Below are positions 1 to 9,961 of a stretch of DNA of 64,000 bases, one piece after another (positions within the stretch are counted from its first letter, which is position 1; the number at the start of each line of letters is the position of its first letter). Both the position numbers and the translations under genes were made by a program. Source of the DNA: Cyclobacteriaceae bacterium (GTDB taxonomy: Bacteria > Bacteroidota > Bacteroidia > Cytophagales > Cyclobacteriaceae); NCBI GenBank assembly GCA_025350305.1, contig JANXYC010000160.1, positions 25,038 through 89,037 of the forward strand, read 5' to 3'. Below the pieces are notes generated by a model. The model ran no database searches. It saw only the letters and a list, made by a program, of their open reading frames with translations, and had not been told where the DNA came from.

Positions 1-2
1 TA

Positions 3-806
3 TTAATAAGTGGTTGGGATTTCGTCAATACGTTCGAGTGTAATGGCGCGATAAAAAATTTCGCACCCTTCCGACTGCAGTTGGATCTTGCCTTTGGTCA
101 GGGGTGTTTCGTTTCCATTATCTGATTGACGTGAATGATACAGTTTCATCACCACCATGCCATTGATGACGTGCATGCTTGAGTCGCCATGGCAGTACAA
201 TTCAACTGTATTCCATTCGCCTGTTGGTTTTTCAGCATCGGATTTTTTCCAGCAACGACGGCCTGCTTCACCGCTTTCTTTAAACGTCATCAATGTACCA
301 TTCACATCATAGACGTACTCACTTTTTTCATTTTTTGTTGCAGGAATATCAAAAACCCCTCCAGCCACCCCCCAATAATCGCCACAATCACCTTCCTGAA
401 TTTGAAACTCTTGTGATCGCATCCACGAACGCGCGTCGACGCCGTGCGGCCCTACCGCATGATAGAGCAAGCCACTGTCACGCTTGCGATCTTTGAACGA
501 TGGAATTTTGTTTTTACCCCATTTGAACTGCAGCGTGAGGTGGTAATTTTCAAATTCCTGTTGCGTGGAAATTCCGCCATACGTTTCTCCGGAAACATGG
601 AGTGCTGCCTCTCCATCTTCTTTCACCACAGAGAAAACCTGATTGGGATCATTGTTAATGCCGGGAGGGGGCACACTATCGGAAGGAGGGGCGATGTAGG
701 TGTCCCATCCGGTGAGGTCGCGGCCATTGAAAAGCACTTGTCTCTTTTCAGAGGGCTTGCAACCGGTGACAAGCAGGACAATAATAAAGACAAAACGAAG
801 GTTCAT
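3..806 (-). CDS. DUF1080 (3-keto-disaccharide hydrolase-like) lipoprotein
   Basis: Motifs LFNGRDLTGW, EFENYHLTLQFKWG, EFQIQEGDCGD, GEWNTVEL, GKIQLQSEG. Start moved to ATG at 806 (MNLRFVFIIVLLVTGC, lipobox). Confidence 0.85.
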   Translation of the reverse strand: MNLRFVFIIVLLVTGCKPSEKRQVLFNGRDLTGWDTYIAPPSDSVPPPGINNDPNQVFSVVKEDGEAALHVSGETYGGISTQQEFENYHLTLQFKWGKNKIPSFKDRKRDSGLLYHAVGPHGVDARSWMRSQEFQIQEGDCGDYWGVAGGVFDIPATKNEKSEYVYDVNGTLMTFKESGEAGRRCWKKSDAEKPTGEWNTVELYCHGDSSMHVINGMVVMKLYHSRQSDNGNETPLTKGKIQLQSEGCEIFYRAITLERIDEIPTTY

Positions 807-1035
807 ACTTTTTCCATTTAGGAATTTGTCACGCTTGTTCGGTTTTTGGGTCACAATGGGCCACAAAGAACACCACGAAAAACAGTCATTGACCATGTTG
901 AGTCCAAATTCGTCGTGTTCTTAGTGGTTCATCGTGAACTTCGTGACCTTGCTTCTCATATTTTCCGTCCGATTCCAAACTTGTGCCGTTCAATTTTTGG
1001 GCTTCAGTTCAAACTTGACAAAGTAGGATTAGTAA

Positions 1036-2238
1036 TCACGGCGCAACATAATCCCGAAGGTACTCAAAATGCGAAGTTAATTTTCCGTTTTCGGCGATGG
1101 TTGCACGTGCGATAATGCCTTCGGAATCTTCTATCAGTAAGGGTTTCAAAATATGATCGATGAGATCTCTTCCAAACTCTTCCGATGCGCTACGTGGCAA
1201 TTCGCAGGGAAGATTGTCGATAGCCATCACCGTGATAAAACGATCATTGCTTAAAGGTGGATGAATGGAGTCGTCAGCAGGATCATAATCGTACAGTGGA
1301 TCGACGATGGATGTAGCGCGTTTGGTGCTTGGCACCGAGCCATTGATGTCACACGTGATATCGGCAATGACCTTAATTTTAAAGTCGCGCGAAAGCATAT
1401 CTTGCTTGGTGAAGAGCAGGGGTGCCATCGGATTCCAATACGCACCGGCCAACAGGACATCGCTGACCTTTGTGAAGTCTGAAAAGCGGGAGTTGTAGCG
1501 CTCCGGATTTTGGTGAAACTCTTCGCGGTTAAAGTGTCCGCCTTCCTTCCGCAAGTGATACTCCGCACTGCTTAGTTGGATGTAGACAGGTTCATCAAAT
1601 GTTTGAGTAAGAAAATCCTGTGGACTCACTTTCCGAATTCCGGCGGTGTCAAGGGTTTCCATGGCGCCCTTGGCCACACGCCCGGCCCCGGTGAGGGCAA
1701 TTTTTATGGGTGGTAATTTTACTTTTCGCAATTCCAACTTCAGATCATTGATATCAAAACATTCGAAGGCTCTTCGGAGTGAAAACAAATTCATCCTCTT
1801 TCCAAACGCCCATAAACCGTTATACGCGCCCACAATCCCGGCAAACCTTCCGAAGGCCACCAGCCGGTTGCCCTGGGTATCACGCAGCACTTCATAATCA
1901 ATCAAACGTATATTTTTCTTCAGGATCTCTTGTAACAACTTTTTATTGTGTGGCTGTTTCTTGAGGGTATGTGAGAAAAAAAGATATGTTTTATTCGGAA
2001 TAAGATCTGGTATCTGCACTTCCTTGATACCCATGAGTATGTCGCACACATGGATATTTTCTACTAAGGGTATATCAAGTGCCGTGTATTCCTCGTCACC
2101 GAAGCACCGTACCGGACTTTGCTGAGAAACAACCTGAACGTTCGCGAATCGTTGCATGATTTCCTCCACCTGCAACGGACTGAACGTTACACGCTTGTCG
2201 GGTGGAATTCTTCCTTCACGGATAAGGCCAATGGTCAT
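1036..2238 (-). CDS. AlaDh/PNT-family NAD(P)-dependent oxidoreductase (saccharopine dehydrogenase / lysine-ketoglutarate reductase-like)
   Basis: IGLIREGRIPPDKRV N-terminus, YLFFSHTLKKQ, GAGRVAKGA Rossmann motif, IADITCD, MAIDNLPCELP. Confidence 0.8.
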   Translation of the reverse strand: MTIGLIREGRIPPDKRVTFSPLQVEEIMQRFANVQVVSQQSPVRCFGDEEYTALDIPLVENIHVCDILMGIKEVQIPDLIPNKTYLFFSHTLKKQPHNKKLLQEILKKNIRLIDYEVLRDTQGNRLVAFGRFAGIVGAYNGLWAFGKRMNLFSLRRAFECFDINDLKLELRKVKLPPIKIALTGAGRVAKGAMETLDTAGIRKVSPQDFLTQTFDEPVYIQLSSAEYHLRKEGGHFNREEFHQNPERYNSRFSDFTKVSDVLLAGAYWNPMAPLLFTKQDMLSRDFKIKVIADITCDINGSVPSTKRATSIVDPLYDYDPADDSIHPPLSNDRFITVMAIDNLPCELPRSASEEFGRDLIDHILKPLLIEDSEGIIARATIAENGKLTSHFEYLRDYVAP

Positions 2239-2423
2239 AGGCGGTATGGCAGTTAAGCATTCAGTTTTATATCAACAAATTAACTATGCAAAAATTCATT
2301 GGGTAATCGGTAAACAGTAATCGGTGACTGTGAATAAGGAAGTTGTAATTCATTTGAAATATAGGAACAATCCATTGCTGTTTCAATCCATTAAACAAAT
2401 AATCAAACCGAAGGCCATTCCAG

Positions 2424-2481
2424 AATTGCCACGGGTTTAAATCCGTGGCAATTTTGCCCTAAAGTTACAGGGCTTTAGCCC
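2424..2481. repeat. REP family A: near-perfect 30-bp palindrome plus gggctttagccc hairpin
   Basis: aattgccacgggtttaaatccgtggcaatt at 2424-2453 and gggctttagccc at 2470-2481; homologous copies at 31812 and 32080. Confidence 0.85.
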
Positions 2482-2562
2482 CAAGTGAAATCGTTTGAAT
2501 GCGACAATTTGAAGTGCGACCCATTATTCACCAGATACAATCCAAATCTTTTTACCTTTACT

Positions 2563-3144
2563 ATGATGAATTATTTTGTTCTTGCTGGCGGATGGATCAT
2601 TTATTTTACGTTGCACAGTGCATTGGCATCAGAACAAGTGAAGGCAGGTGCAAGCCATTCGTTAGGACGTCTGTTTCGCTACTACCGTTTGTTTTACAGC
2701 ATCTTTTCTACGGTTGGATTGTTGGGGTTGTTAGTTCTGAACGGAAGTATTTCAGCTCCATACTTTTTTAAAAGCGAAGGCGTGGTGCGCTACCTAAGTC
2801 TTTTGTTCACCACCTTTGGTGTGATGACCATCCAAATTGCCTTTCGCCAGTATAGACTGAAATCGTTTCTGGGTTTTGCCGATGAAAAGAATGAATTGAA
2901 GATTGATGGAGTATTAAAACTCGTTAGGCACCCAATTTATTCCGGGCTTATACTCATCACGATGGGATTTTTTCTGTTCATGCCTAATCTGCCATCGCTG
3001 ATCTCCTGCCTGAGCGTATTCGTTTATTTGCCCATCGGGATTTACCTGGAGGAGAAAAAACTCATCGCAACTTTTGGAGAGGAGTACAGACAATATAAAA
3101 AGACGGTATCCGCCCTTGTTCCCCGGCTTCCCTTGAATCGCTGA
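2563..3144 (+). CDS. isoprenylcysteine carboxyl methyltransferase / NnrU-like membrane protein
   Basis: Multiple TM segments; VRHPIYSG and EEKKL..FGEEY.QYKK.V C-terminal motifs. Likely start MMNYF at 2563. Confidence 0.75.
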   Translation: MMNYFVLAGGWIIYFTLHSALASEQVKAGASHSLGRLFRYYRLFYSIFSTVGLLGLLVLNGSISAPYFFKSEGVVRYLSLLFTTFGVMTIQIAFRQYRLKSFLGFADEKNELKIDGVLKLVRHPIYSGLILITMGFFLFMPNLPSLISCLSVFVYLPIGIYLEEKKLIATFGEEYRQYKKTVSALVPRLPLNR

Positions 3145-3146
3145 CG

Positions 3147-3918
3147 TTAACTTTTTAGCAACGTGCCGAGCAGTGAACTGGCTTCCTTCCGGCTGTTAGC
3201 GCCGTACGGAGCAAGTGCCTGGACAAGCTTGCGGATCGGCATGGACTGAAGCCAAACCTTTCCTGTTCCGCGAAGTGTAGCAAGAAAGATTCCCTCTCCA
3301 CCAAAGATCATAGACTTCAGGCCGCCAGAGGCTTCTACATCAAAATCAATATGTGATTCAAACGCAACAACACATCCTGTGTCAACGCGCAGGGTCTCGT
3401 TGTTCAGGGTACGTTCGATGACCGTACCGCCCGGCATGGACGAACACTTTTCCGTCTCCTTGCAGCTTTTCCAAAATAAACCCCTCACCGCCCACGAGTC
3501 CTGCACCAAGCTTCCTGTTGAAGAAAATGGAAAGCTTCGTCCCGAAGGCTGCGCAAAGAAATCCGTCTTTCTGCACGATCAATTCATTGTTACGACTCGT
3601 AGCCAGGTCGATGGGTATTACCGTGCCGGGATAAGGTGCAGAAAAACCAACTTTCGCTTTTTTGTTTCCCCTGTTCGTAAAGTGAGTCATAAAGAGTGAC
3701 TCACCGGTGAGCACACGGCTGCCTGCCGATAACAGCTTGTCAAAGATGCTTTGATTCGCGGCAGAACCATCGCCCATCTTCGTCTCAAATTGAATGCCCT
3801 CTTCCATGAAAAGCATAGCACCCGCTTCGGCAATTACTGTCTCTGATGGATCGAGTTCAACCTCGACAATTTGGATACTTTCGCCTTTGATCTGGTAGTC
3901 GATTTCGTGTGAGTTCAT
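3147..3918 (-). CDS. TIGR00266/AIM24 family protein, split by one +1 frameshift near 3431
   Basis: ORF 3382-3918 ([25 protein letters not shown]) continues in ORF 3147-3509 ([28 protein letters not shown]). Removing one G from GCCGGGCGGT restores HAGGT. Confidence 0.85.
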
Positions 3919-3924
3919 AAGATT

Positions 3925-4170
3925 TTATTTCCTTTTTATTTTGCCTTTTGATTTCCCCTTCTTTTTCATTTCCTCATAGTCTTCCCGCTCGAGAAGTTTT
4001 TTGTCATCTACATTTTTGTTAAGGAATTCATTGATCTTTTCAATATTCATATTGGAACGGATTTCACCGAACGTGTCAATAGAGACTTCCAAACCGTCAA
4101 GGTCTTTGTGAACGCGTGGTTTCGGCTTCGTCTTTTGCGATTTCCGGTGTGGTCCAGTTTTCTTTGCCAT
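3925..4170 (-). CDS. small basic hypothetical protein
   Basis: 81 aa ORF tightly packed between gltX and the TIGR00266 gene; PRVHKDLDGLEVSIDTFGEI core. Confidence 0.7.
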   Translation of the reverse strand: MAKKTGPHRKSQKTKPKPRVHKDLDGLEVSIDTFGEIRSNMNIEKINEFLNKNVDDKKLLEREDYEEMKKKGKSKGKIKRK

Positions 4171-4172
4171 CG

Positions 4173-5693
4173 TCAGGTAACTTTTACTTTTAACGTTTCT
4201 ATTGCAAAATGGATACGGTTGCCTACTTCCGCGTTTCCAAGTATCTCCATCGTCATCATGAGGTCCGGGCCGGAGGCACCTCCGGTGATGGACATGCGCA
4301 AAGACTGAAGGATTTGGCCTGTCTTTATTCCAAGCTTCGACGTAACCATCTCCAGAGTTTCTTTTGCCGTTTCGGCATTCAGGTTGTTCATGGATTTGAT
4401 TTCACTGCTGAAAGCCGTTAATACTTTCACGGCATCATTGTTCCATTTCTTCGTGGCCACCTGCTCATCGAATGAGTCGGGAGCGATGAAAAAGAACTTC
4501 CCCTGTTCCCAGAAATCTTTTGGGAACGTTACGCGCTCTTTCATGATAGCCACAATCTTTTTTGCTTTTTCCTGAGAACAATCAATATTTTCCTTTTTCA
4601 AAGAATCATTCAGGTAACCTATGAGCACGTCGTCAGGTTTACTTCGCAAATAGTGCTGGTTGAACCATTGCGCCTTTTGAATATCAAAACGGGCACCTGC
4701 TTTACCAATTCGCTCGAGCGTAAATGCTTCAATCAATTGTTCCATGGAAAAGAGTTCTTGCTCCGTACCGGGATTCCAGCCGAGGAATGCCAGAAAATTG
4801 ATAAGAGCTTCTGGCAGATAGCCGGTCTCACGATAACCAATAGCAACATGACCGCTTTCCGGATCCTGCCAGTTGAGTGGAAAGATGGGGAAGCCCATTT
4901 TATCAGCGTCGCGCTTGCTGAGTTTGCCGTTGCCGTCAGGTTTCAACAACAAGGGCAAGTGGACGAACTGCGGCATATCATTTTCCCAACCTAAATAACG
5001 GTACAGCAGTACATGCAAGGGCGCCGATGGAAGCCATTCTTCTCCGCGGATTACGTGTGATATTTTCATCAGGTAATCGTCGACGACGTTGGCGAGATGA
5101 TAGGTAGGCATCCCATCCGATTTCATCAGCACTTTGTCGTCAATTTGTGATGATTGTACTCTAATGCTACCCCGAATCAAGTCAGTAAGCTGGATTTCCT
5201 CCTTACCTGAAATCTTCAGACGGATCACATGTTTTTCGTTCATGGATAACTTCTGATCAACCTCACTTCCGGTAAGCGTGAGCGAATTTTTCATTTGTAA
5301 GCGTGTCACACTATCATATTGTGCATTGGGTGTGCGCTTACGCATTTCTTCAAGGTCTTGTTCCGTATCAAACGCATAGTAGGCATGACCTTCGTCAACT
5401 AGTTTTTGCGCGTATGTCTTATACAACGAGTTGCGCTCAGACTGCCGGTAAGGTGCGTAGGGTCCACCCACACCTACACCTTCATCGATTTTAATTCCGG
5501 CCCAGGCCAGTGATTCTACAATATACGCTTCAGCTCCCGGTACATAGCGCGTCTGGTCTGTGTCTTCGATCCGCAAAATCATGGTGCCATTATACTTCCG
5601 GGCCAGCAAATAATTATACAACGCTGTGCGAATGCCACCAATATGCAACGCACCCGTAGGACTGGGAGCAAACCTGACTCGAACTTCTCTCAT
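4173..5693 (-). CDS. gltX: glutamate--tRNA ligase
   Basis: VRVRFAPSPTGALHIGG (HIGH), RIEDTDQ, KLSKR (KMSKS). Start MREVRV at 5693, just downstream of a TACATTTG promoter motif. Confidence 0.97.
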   Translation of the reverse strand: MREVRVRFAPSPTGALHIGGIRTALYNYLLARKYNGTMILRIEDTDQTRYVPGAEAYIVESLAWAGIKIDEGVGVGGPYAPYRQSERNSLYKTYAQKLVDEGHAYYAFDTEQDLEEMRKRTPNAQYDSVTRLQMKNSLTLTGSEVDQKLSMNEKHVIRLKISGKEEIQLTDLIRGSIRVQSSQIDDKVLMKSDGMPTYHLANVVDDYLMKISHVIRGEEWLPSAPLHVLLYRYLGWENDMPQFVHLPLLLKPDGNGKLSKRDADKMGFPIFPLNWQDPESGHVAIGYRETGYLPEALINFLAFLGWNPGTEQELFSMEQLIEAFTLERIGKAGARFDIQKAQWFNQHYLRSKPDDVLIGYLNDSLKKENIDCSQEKAKKIVAIMKERVTFPKDFWEQGKFFFIAPDSFDEQVATKKWNNDAVKVLTAFSSEIKSMNNLNAETAKETLEMVTSKLGIKTGQILQSLRMSITGGASGPDLMMTMEILGNAEVGNRIHFAIETLKVKVT

Positions 5694-5713
5694 TTTCGTT
5701 TTAAAAACGGATT

Positions 5714-5721
5714 CAAATGTA
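5714..5721 (-). promoter_or_regulatory. Bacteroidota -7 promoter element upstream of gltX
   Basis: caaatgta = TACATTTG on the minus strand, matching TAnnTTTG about 20 nt before the ATG. Confidence 0.55.
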
Positions 5722-5741
5722 CAAACTTCTTCCAATAGGAG

Positions 5742-6206
5742 TCACGACACGAGTCGGTGAAAAGCTTCCCGGGTGGGCTTGAGTTGAATCTTGAAATTGG
5801 ACCATACAATGGTATGTATAAGAATGATAATGCCGGCACCTCCTGCCAGGTATAAAATGTTTTTTGTTTGATAGAAACTGAAAACGGAGCCCAACACCAG
5901 GAGCAATGTCCACAAGGTCAACAAAAGTCGTGTAGTAGGGAACAATTTGTAATCGATAAACAAAATACTCCCCGATGAAGTTGACTCAATCTGTCCGATG
6001 ACTAGTGGAAGGTAATTATTAGCTCTGTGAACGCGCAACGAAAGTCGGAATCGTTCTTCTTTTACCCACCCGTTAAAGAAAAGTTTCTGTTCGTCCGGTT
6101 GAATAAATGGTTTGTTGGACGTGCCGGCAGCGAGTGATTGGTAAATTTCATCTGCCGGCCTGGGCAAAACAATTGTTTCGTGATAGGCTGGCAGCAGGGA
6201 GATCAC
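5742..6206 (-). CDS. hypothetical membrane protein
   Basis: 154 aa with two C-terminal TM helices; follows the RidA gene with a 1-nt gap. Confidence 0.7.
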   Translation of the reverse strand: MISLLPAYHETIVLPRPADEIYQSLAAGTSNKPFIQPDEQKLFFNGWVKEERFRLSLRVHRANNYLPLVIGQIESTSSGSILFIDYKLFPTTRLLLTLWTLLLVLGSVFSFYQTKNILYLAGGAGIIILIHTIVWSNFKIQLKPTREAFHRLVS

Positions 6207-6207
6207 T

Positions 6208-6588
6208 TCACTTCACCGCAATGCAGGAGATTTCGACATTCACATCTTTTGGTAGCCGGCTTACCTCAACCGTTTCCCGCGCCGGTGGCTGTTTGGCAAA
6301 GTAGGAACCATACACGTCATTCACCAGGGGAAAATTATTCATGTCTTTCAAAAAGATGGTACACTTAGCAACGTTTGAAAAGTCCAGGTTTGCAGCTTTC
6401 AGTATTTCGCCCAGGTTTTTCATCACTTGGTGAGTCTCGTCCTGTATATTTCCTGTAATGACATTTCCAGAAGATTTTTGGATAGCGACTTGCCCTGAAA
6501 CAAACAAAAGGTTGCCCGCCTGTATAGCCTGGCTATAAGGCCCGACAGGATCAGGGGCGTTGGCAGAATAGATTACATTTTTTGACAT
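6208..6588 (-). CDS. ridA: RidA/YjgF/YER057c family reactive intermediate deaminase
   Basis: APDPVGPYSQAI, LFVSGQV, VNDVYGSYF, PARETVEVSRLPKDVNVEI. Confidence 0.92.
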   Translation of the reverse strand: MSKNVIYSANAPDPVGPYSQAIQAGNLLFVSGQVAIQKSSGNVITGNIQDETHQVMKNLGEILKAANLDFSNVAKCTIFLKDMNNFPLVNDVYGSYFAKQPPARETVEVSRLPKDVNVEISCIAVK

Positions 6589-6668
6589 AAATTCCCGTAA
6601 TGTTACGTTTGATCAAATATCTGAAAAAATTACCCGGAAGTAATTGTGCGACCTCAATAAATTGATGA

Positions 6669-7322
6669 ATGGAAATTCTTGTAATCGGATCAACTGCGGA
6701 GTTGGAAGAGACGAGGCAGAAATTTGGACCGGGGCACATCTATCGGGTTTCTGCGGGTAGGCTGGATGCAGAAAAATCATTATCGAAGTCTGATGTTGTG
6801 TTTGATTTTACAATCGAAGAAAATACAGGGATCAGCCTCTATCAGGATTATTCCTCCTTAATTATTTTTCTTAACACGTCCTTCATAACCTCGTCACAAT
6901 TGGGCATAGCTCGCTCAAAAAATGCAGTCTTTGGATTTTGTGGCCTTCCTACTTTCTTAAACCGGGAAATTCTTGAAGTCAATCTATTCCAGGAGAACCA
7001 ACGGGCGACATTAAAAAAGATTTGTGATGACCTCCGGACGGATTACCGGGCGGTGCCAGACCGGGTGGGGTTCGTGACCCCGCGAGTTATTTGCATGATT
7101 ATTAACGAGGCTTACTACACTGTTCAGGAAGGTACCGCCACACGTGAAGACATTGATAAGGCTATGAAGCTGGGTACAAATTATCCATTCGGACCATTCG
7201 AGTGGGCGCAGAGGATCGGGGTAAAGAATGTGTGTGAATTACTGGAGGCTGTTTATAGAGACACACAGGACAAACGATATCGCATTTGCGCCATGTTAAG
7301 GGATGAATCCAAGGCCGTCTGA
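6669..7322 (+). CDS. 3-hydroxyacyl-CoA dehydrogenase family protein (C-terminal domain, short form)
   Basis: PDRVGFVTPRVICMIINEAYY, EDIDKAMKLGTNYPFGPFEWA. Confidence 0.8.
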   Translation: MEILVIGSTAELEETRQKFGPGHIYRVSAGRLDAEKSLSKSDVVFDFTIEENTGISLYQDYSSLIIFLNTSFITSSQLGIARSKNAVFGFCGLPTFLNREILEVNLFQENQRATLKKICDDLRTDYRAVPDRVGFVTPRVICMIINEAYYTVQEGTATREDIDKAMKLGTNYPFGPFEWAQRIGVKNVCELLEAVYRDTQDKRYRICAMLRDESKAV

Positions 7323-7407
7323 GATTTAGATCAGTTTTTCCGGGATACGTTATGATCGCACAATCTGACGTAGCAAGTAAATTAGACTTTTCATTCAGGT
7401 AATCCCA

Positions 7408-7615
7408 ATGAATCCGGAACGCGTTAAGTTCTACATTGAGTTGATGAAGTCCCTAACCTCCTTCATATTAGGAACCGGTGCCGGCATTTATGGGTTGATT
7501 ACGACCGACAATGGCAGTAAACTTATTGCTTATCTTTGTATTAATACTCTGTCTTTTTGCCACCGGAGTGTTTGTTGCTTTATTCGTTTACATGGAAAAA
7601 AATATTGACGAATGA
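7408..7615 (+). CDS. small two-TM hypothetical protein (probably frameshifted near 7520)
   Basis: MNPERVKFYIELMKSLTSFILGTGAGIYGLITT; a shifted frame gives LLLIFVLILCLFATGVFVALFVYMEKNIDE* whose TGA overlaps the next ATG (ATGA). Confidence 0.5.
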
Positions 7616-7743
7616 AATTAACCGATATATTGATTTTGATTTTAATCATCGTCACGACGATAGGATTTGGTATAATTTTTATCATGGTCCTTAAGAATGC
7701 TTTGGCACAGAAGAAGCCGGGATCGCTGACTAAGAAAAATTAA
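7612..7743 (+). CDS. 43-aa single-TM micro-protein (absent from the ORF track)
   Basis: MKLTDILILILIIVTTIGFGIIFIMVLKNALAQKKPGSLTKKN*; hydrophobic helix plus basic tail, ATGA coupling. Confidence 0.55.
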   Translation: MKLTDILILILIIVTTIGFGIIFIMVLKNALAQKKPGSLTKKN

Positions 7744-7924
7744 CCAACAGCTTCACAACCCTTAATTTGTTTTCGGATGCAGTGATAAACCTTATTCTTG
7801 CTTCAATGATTGGAGTTACTATGGTCGATGGCAGTGGTAATTACTCTGTAAATAGACAGTAAAACCCTTGAGTGAATTCGATTTCCATAAGATTCGGTCC
7901 GCAATTCAATAAGAAATCCATTCT

Positions 7925-9961
7925 ATGACCCTTAAGGCAGATCAGGTTCCGGAAGTTGATAGGTTGGATCGAACACGGTTTGCCAAAGAAATAGCTGATA
8001 ACATTATACTTTATCTCCAAAAAAATCAGGAAAGTTTAGTTATTGGAATTCACGGCCCATGGGGAAGCGGTAAGTCTACGCTACTTCACTATATAAAGAA
8101 AGAGATTAAAATTAGCCGAAACGTATTTTTACCTGAAGAAGAGGAAAATCGAAGTATTCTCTCAAAGCTCAATCCCTTTAAGAGAAATCAGGTATTGAAT
8201 ATTTTGGAATTCAATCCATGGATGTTTTCGGGAAAGGAAGAACTGCACACTATATTCCTAAATGAACTGGCAGTAAATGTCGGAAGTCAAAAGTTAAGAA
8301 AGCGCTTAAAATCAATTTCTAAGAAACTTGCCTGGGTTGGTGAAGCAAGCAAATTTTGGTTAGCCTTCTTGAAATTGATAGGACAATGGTCAAACATTTC
8401 TTTGGATAATTTGAAAAAAGCGACTAATGAAGTTTTGATAAAGAAAAACATAAGGATTGTAGTTATCATGGATGATTTGGATCGTCTCGCACCTTCCGAA
8501 ATTCTTGAAATATTTCAGTTAATAAAGTTGAATGCAAATTTCAAGAACACTGTATTTCTGATCTCTTTCGATAAATCTGTAGTAATAGAATCCATAAAAA
8601 ATCAATACAATTTTGATGGAGAGAAGTATTTGGAAAAAATAGTTCAGGTCGATTACAGCCTTCCATCCATTTTGCCCGAGGACATCGAATCAATGTTCTA
8701 TGAAAGGCTAGAAGATTTACTTAAAATCTATGAAATCGATTTTAGAATTGAGGCTATCAATGTGCCATGGCTGATTGATGGCTTGAAGCACTATTTCAAA
8801 AACGTGAGGGACTTAAATAGATACTTCAACAGTCTCAATTTTAGGCTCCCAACTTTTCATAAGAACGTTAATGTTCTTGATTTTTTAATAATTGAGGCTA
8901 TCAGGTTGTTCGACTATCAATCATATGAGTTAATAAGAAGCAATTATAAAGAATCGATTCAGTTTGGTGATCAGTCTCAGTTTCATCATGACTTAGGAGA
9001 AATAAGGGAAAGTAAATCGAACGATCTCTATAAATACTTATTTGAAAAGGGGAATCCAAACAGTAGAAAAGACCGTAACTATCGAATTTCAGATCCAGAA
9101 TTTTTTGACAGATACTTTTCTCTTAGTGTTTCCAAGAAGGACATGCGTGAAGAGGAGTTTATGAATTTTATCGAGCATCGCGAAATAAGACCTGCACTCT
9201 TGGAAAACATTATTGTCAACGGGAAAATAGAATTTCTCCTGAGAAGATTGACCACAAAATCCGTTATCCCAGCAAATGTTGATCAAACAGGTCTGATATC
9301 TGCGCTAATTTCGGTGTGGGATCGACATCATAAAGAATTCGTAAATAATTGGAGAGCTGTTTGGGATGCGCTAAAAGTGATTATTTCCACAAGCAATGAT
9401 CAAAATTTAATGTACCGTTCTCTTATTGATGAACTGAATGTGTCAACTCAGGAATTTAGCCCTGCTAGGTTTGTTTATATTTGGTTTTTGCTGTTGAATA
9501 TTGATCCAAAGGATGGAGACAATATTGACTATGACTTATTACCCTTTGCTGAGCTACTTAAAAGTCGAAAGGAAAGCTTAGAGAGATACTTTAAGTTAAT
9601 ACTTGAAAATTACCGATCTTATTTCTTCTGCAATAATTCTTATAGCTTGCTGTATCAAAGGATTTTTTTACCAAGCTTTGCTAAATATCATCCAGAGAGA
9701 TACAAGGAGTACTTTAAACAAATGATTTCTGATGATCAAAAGATTTTTAAAATCTTAGATATGATGGTTGTTCGGGATTCAACAACGCAAACACCTTTTG
9801 GAATAGACCCTAAGTACACATCGGTATTATTACCCGGGAGCCTTAAGGATGATTTTGAAAACAGGCTTAATGAAATCAATCTTAAGACCATTCCAAAGGA
9901 AGAGGGAAGGGCAATTGAGGCCTATTTGAACTACCTGAAGGATTTGAAAGGCAAATCTTAG
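7925..9961 (+). CDS. KAP family P-loop NTPase
   Basis: VIGIHGPWGSGKS (Walker A), FNPWMFS, VVIMDDLDRLAP (Walker B), YLEKIVQVDYSLP, NVRDLNRYFN; AT-rich relative to flanks. Confidence 0.92.
   Translation: MTLKADQVPEVDRLDRTRFAKEIADNIILYLQKNQESLVIGIHGPWGSGKSTLLHYIKKEIKISRNVFLPEEEENRSILSKLNPFKRNQVLNILEFNPWMFSGKEELHTIFLNELAVNVGSQKLRKRLKSISKKLAWVGEASKFWLAFLKLIGQWSNISLDNLKKATNEVLIKKNIRIVVIMDDLDRLAPSEILEIFQLIKLNANFKNTVFLISFDKSVVIESIKNQYNFDGEKYLEKIVQVDYSLPSILPEDIESMFYERLEDLLKIYEIDFRIEAINVPWLIDGLKHYFKNVRDLNRYFNSLNFRLPTFHKNVNVLDFLIIEAIRLFDYQSYELIRSNYKESIQFGDQSQFHHDLGEIRESKSNDLYKYLFEKGNPNSRKDRNYRISDPEFFDRYFSLSVSKKDMREEEFMNFIEHREIRPALLENIIVNGKIEFLLRRLTTKSVIPANVDQTGLISALISVWDRHHKEFVNNWRAVWDALKVIISTSNDQNLMYRSLIDELNVSTQEFSPARFVYIWFLLLNIDPKDGDNIDYDLLPFAELLKSRKESLERYFKLILENYRSYFFCNNSYSLLYQRIFLPSFAKYHPERYKEYFKQMISDDQKIFKILDMMVVRDSTTQTPFGIDPKYTSVLLPGSLKDDFENRLNEINLKTIPKEEGRAIEAYLNYLKDLKGKS

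Noticed and set aside
6669-7322. Pseudogene of 3-hydroxyacyl-CoA dehydrogenase
   Set aside because: Clean ORF with its own start; short forms with a degenerate NAD domain are familiar in this phylum.
7743-7862. Third small ORF before the KAP gene (DoxX-like tail)
   Set aside because: Only about 18 codons follow the first ATG; the resemblance is too weak.
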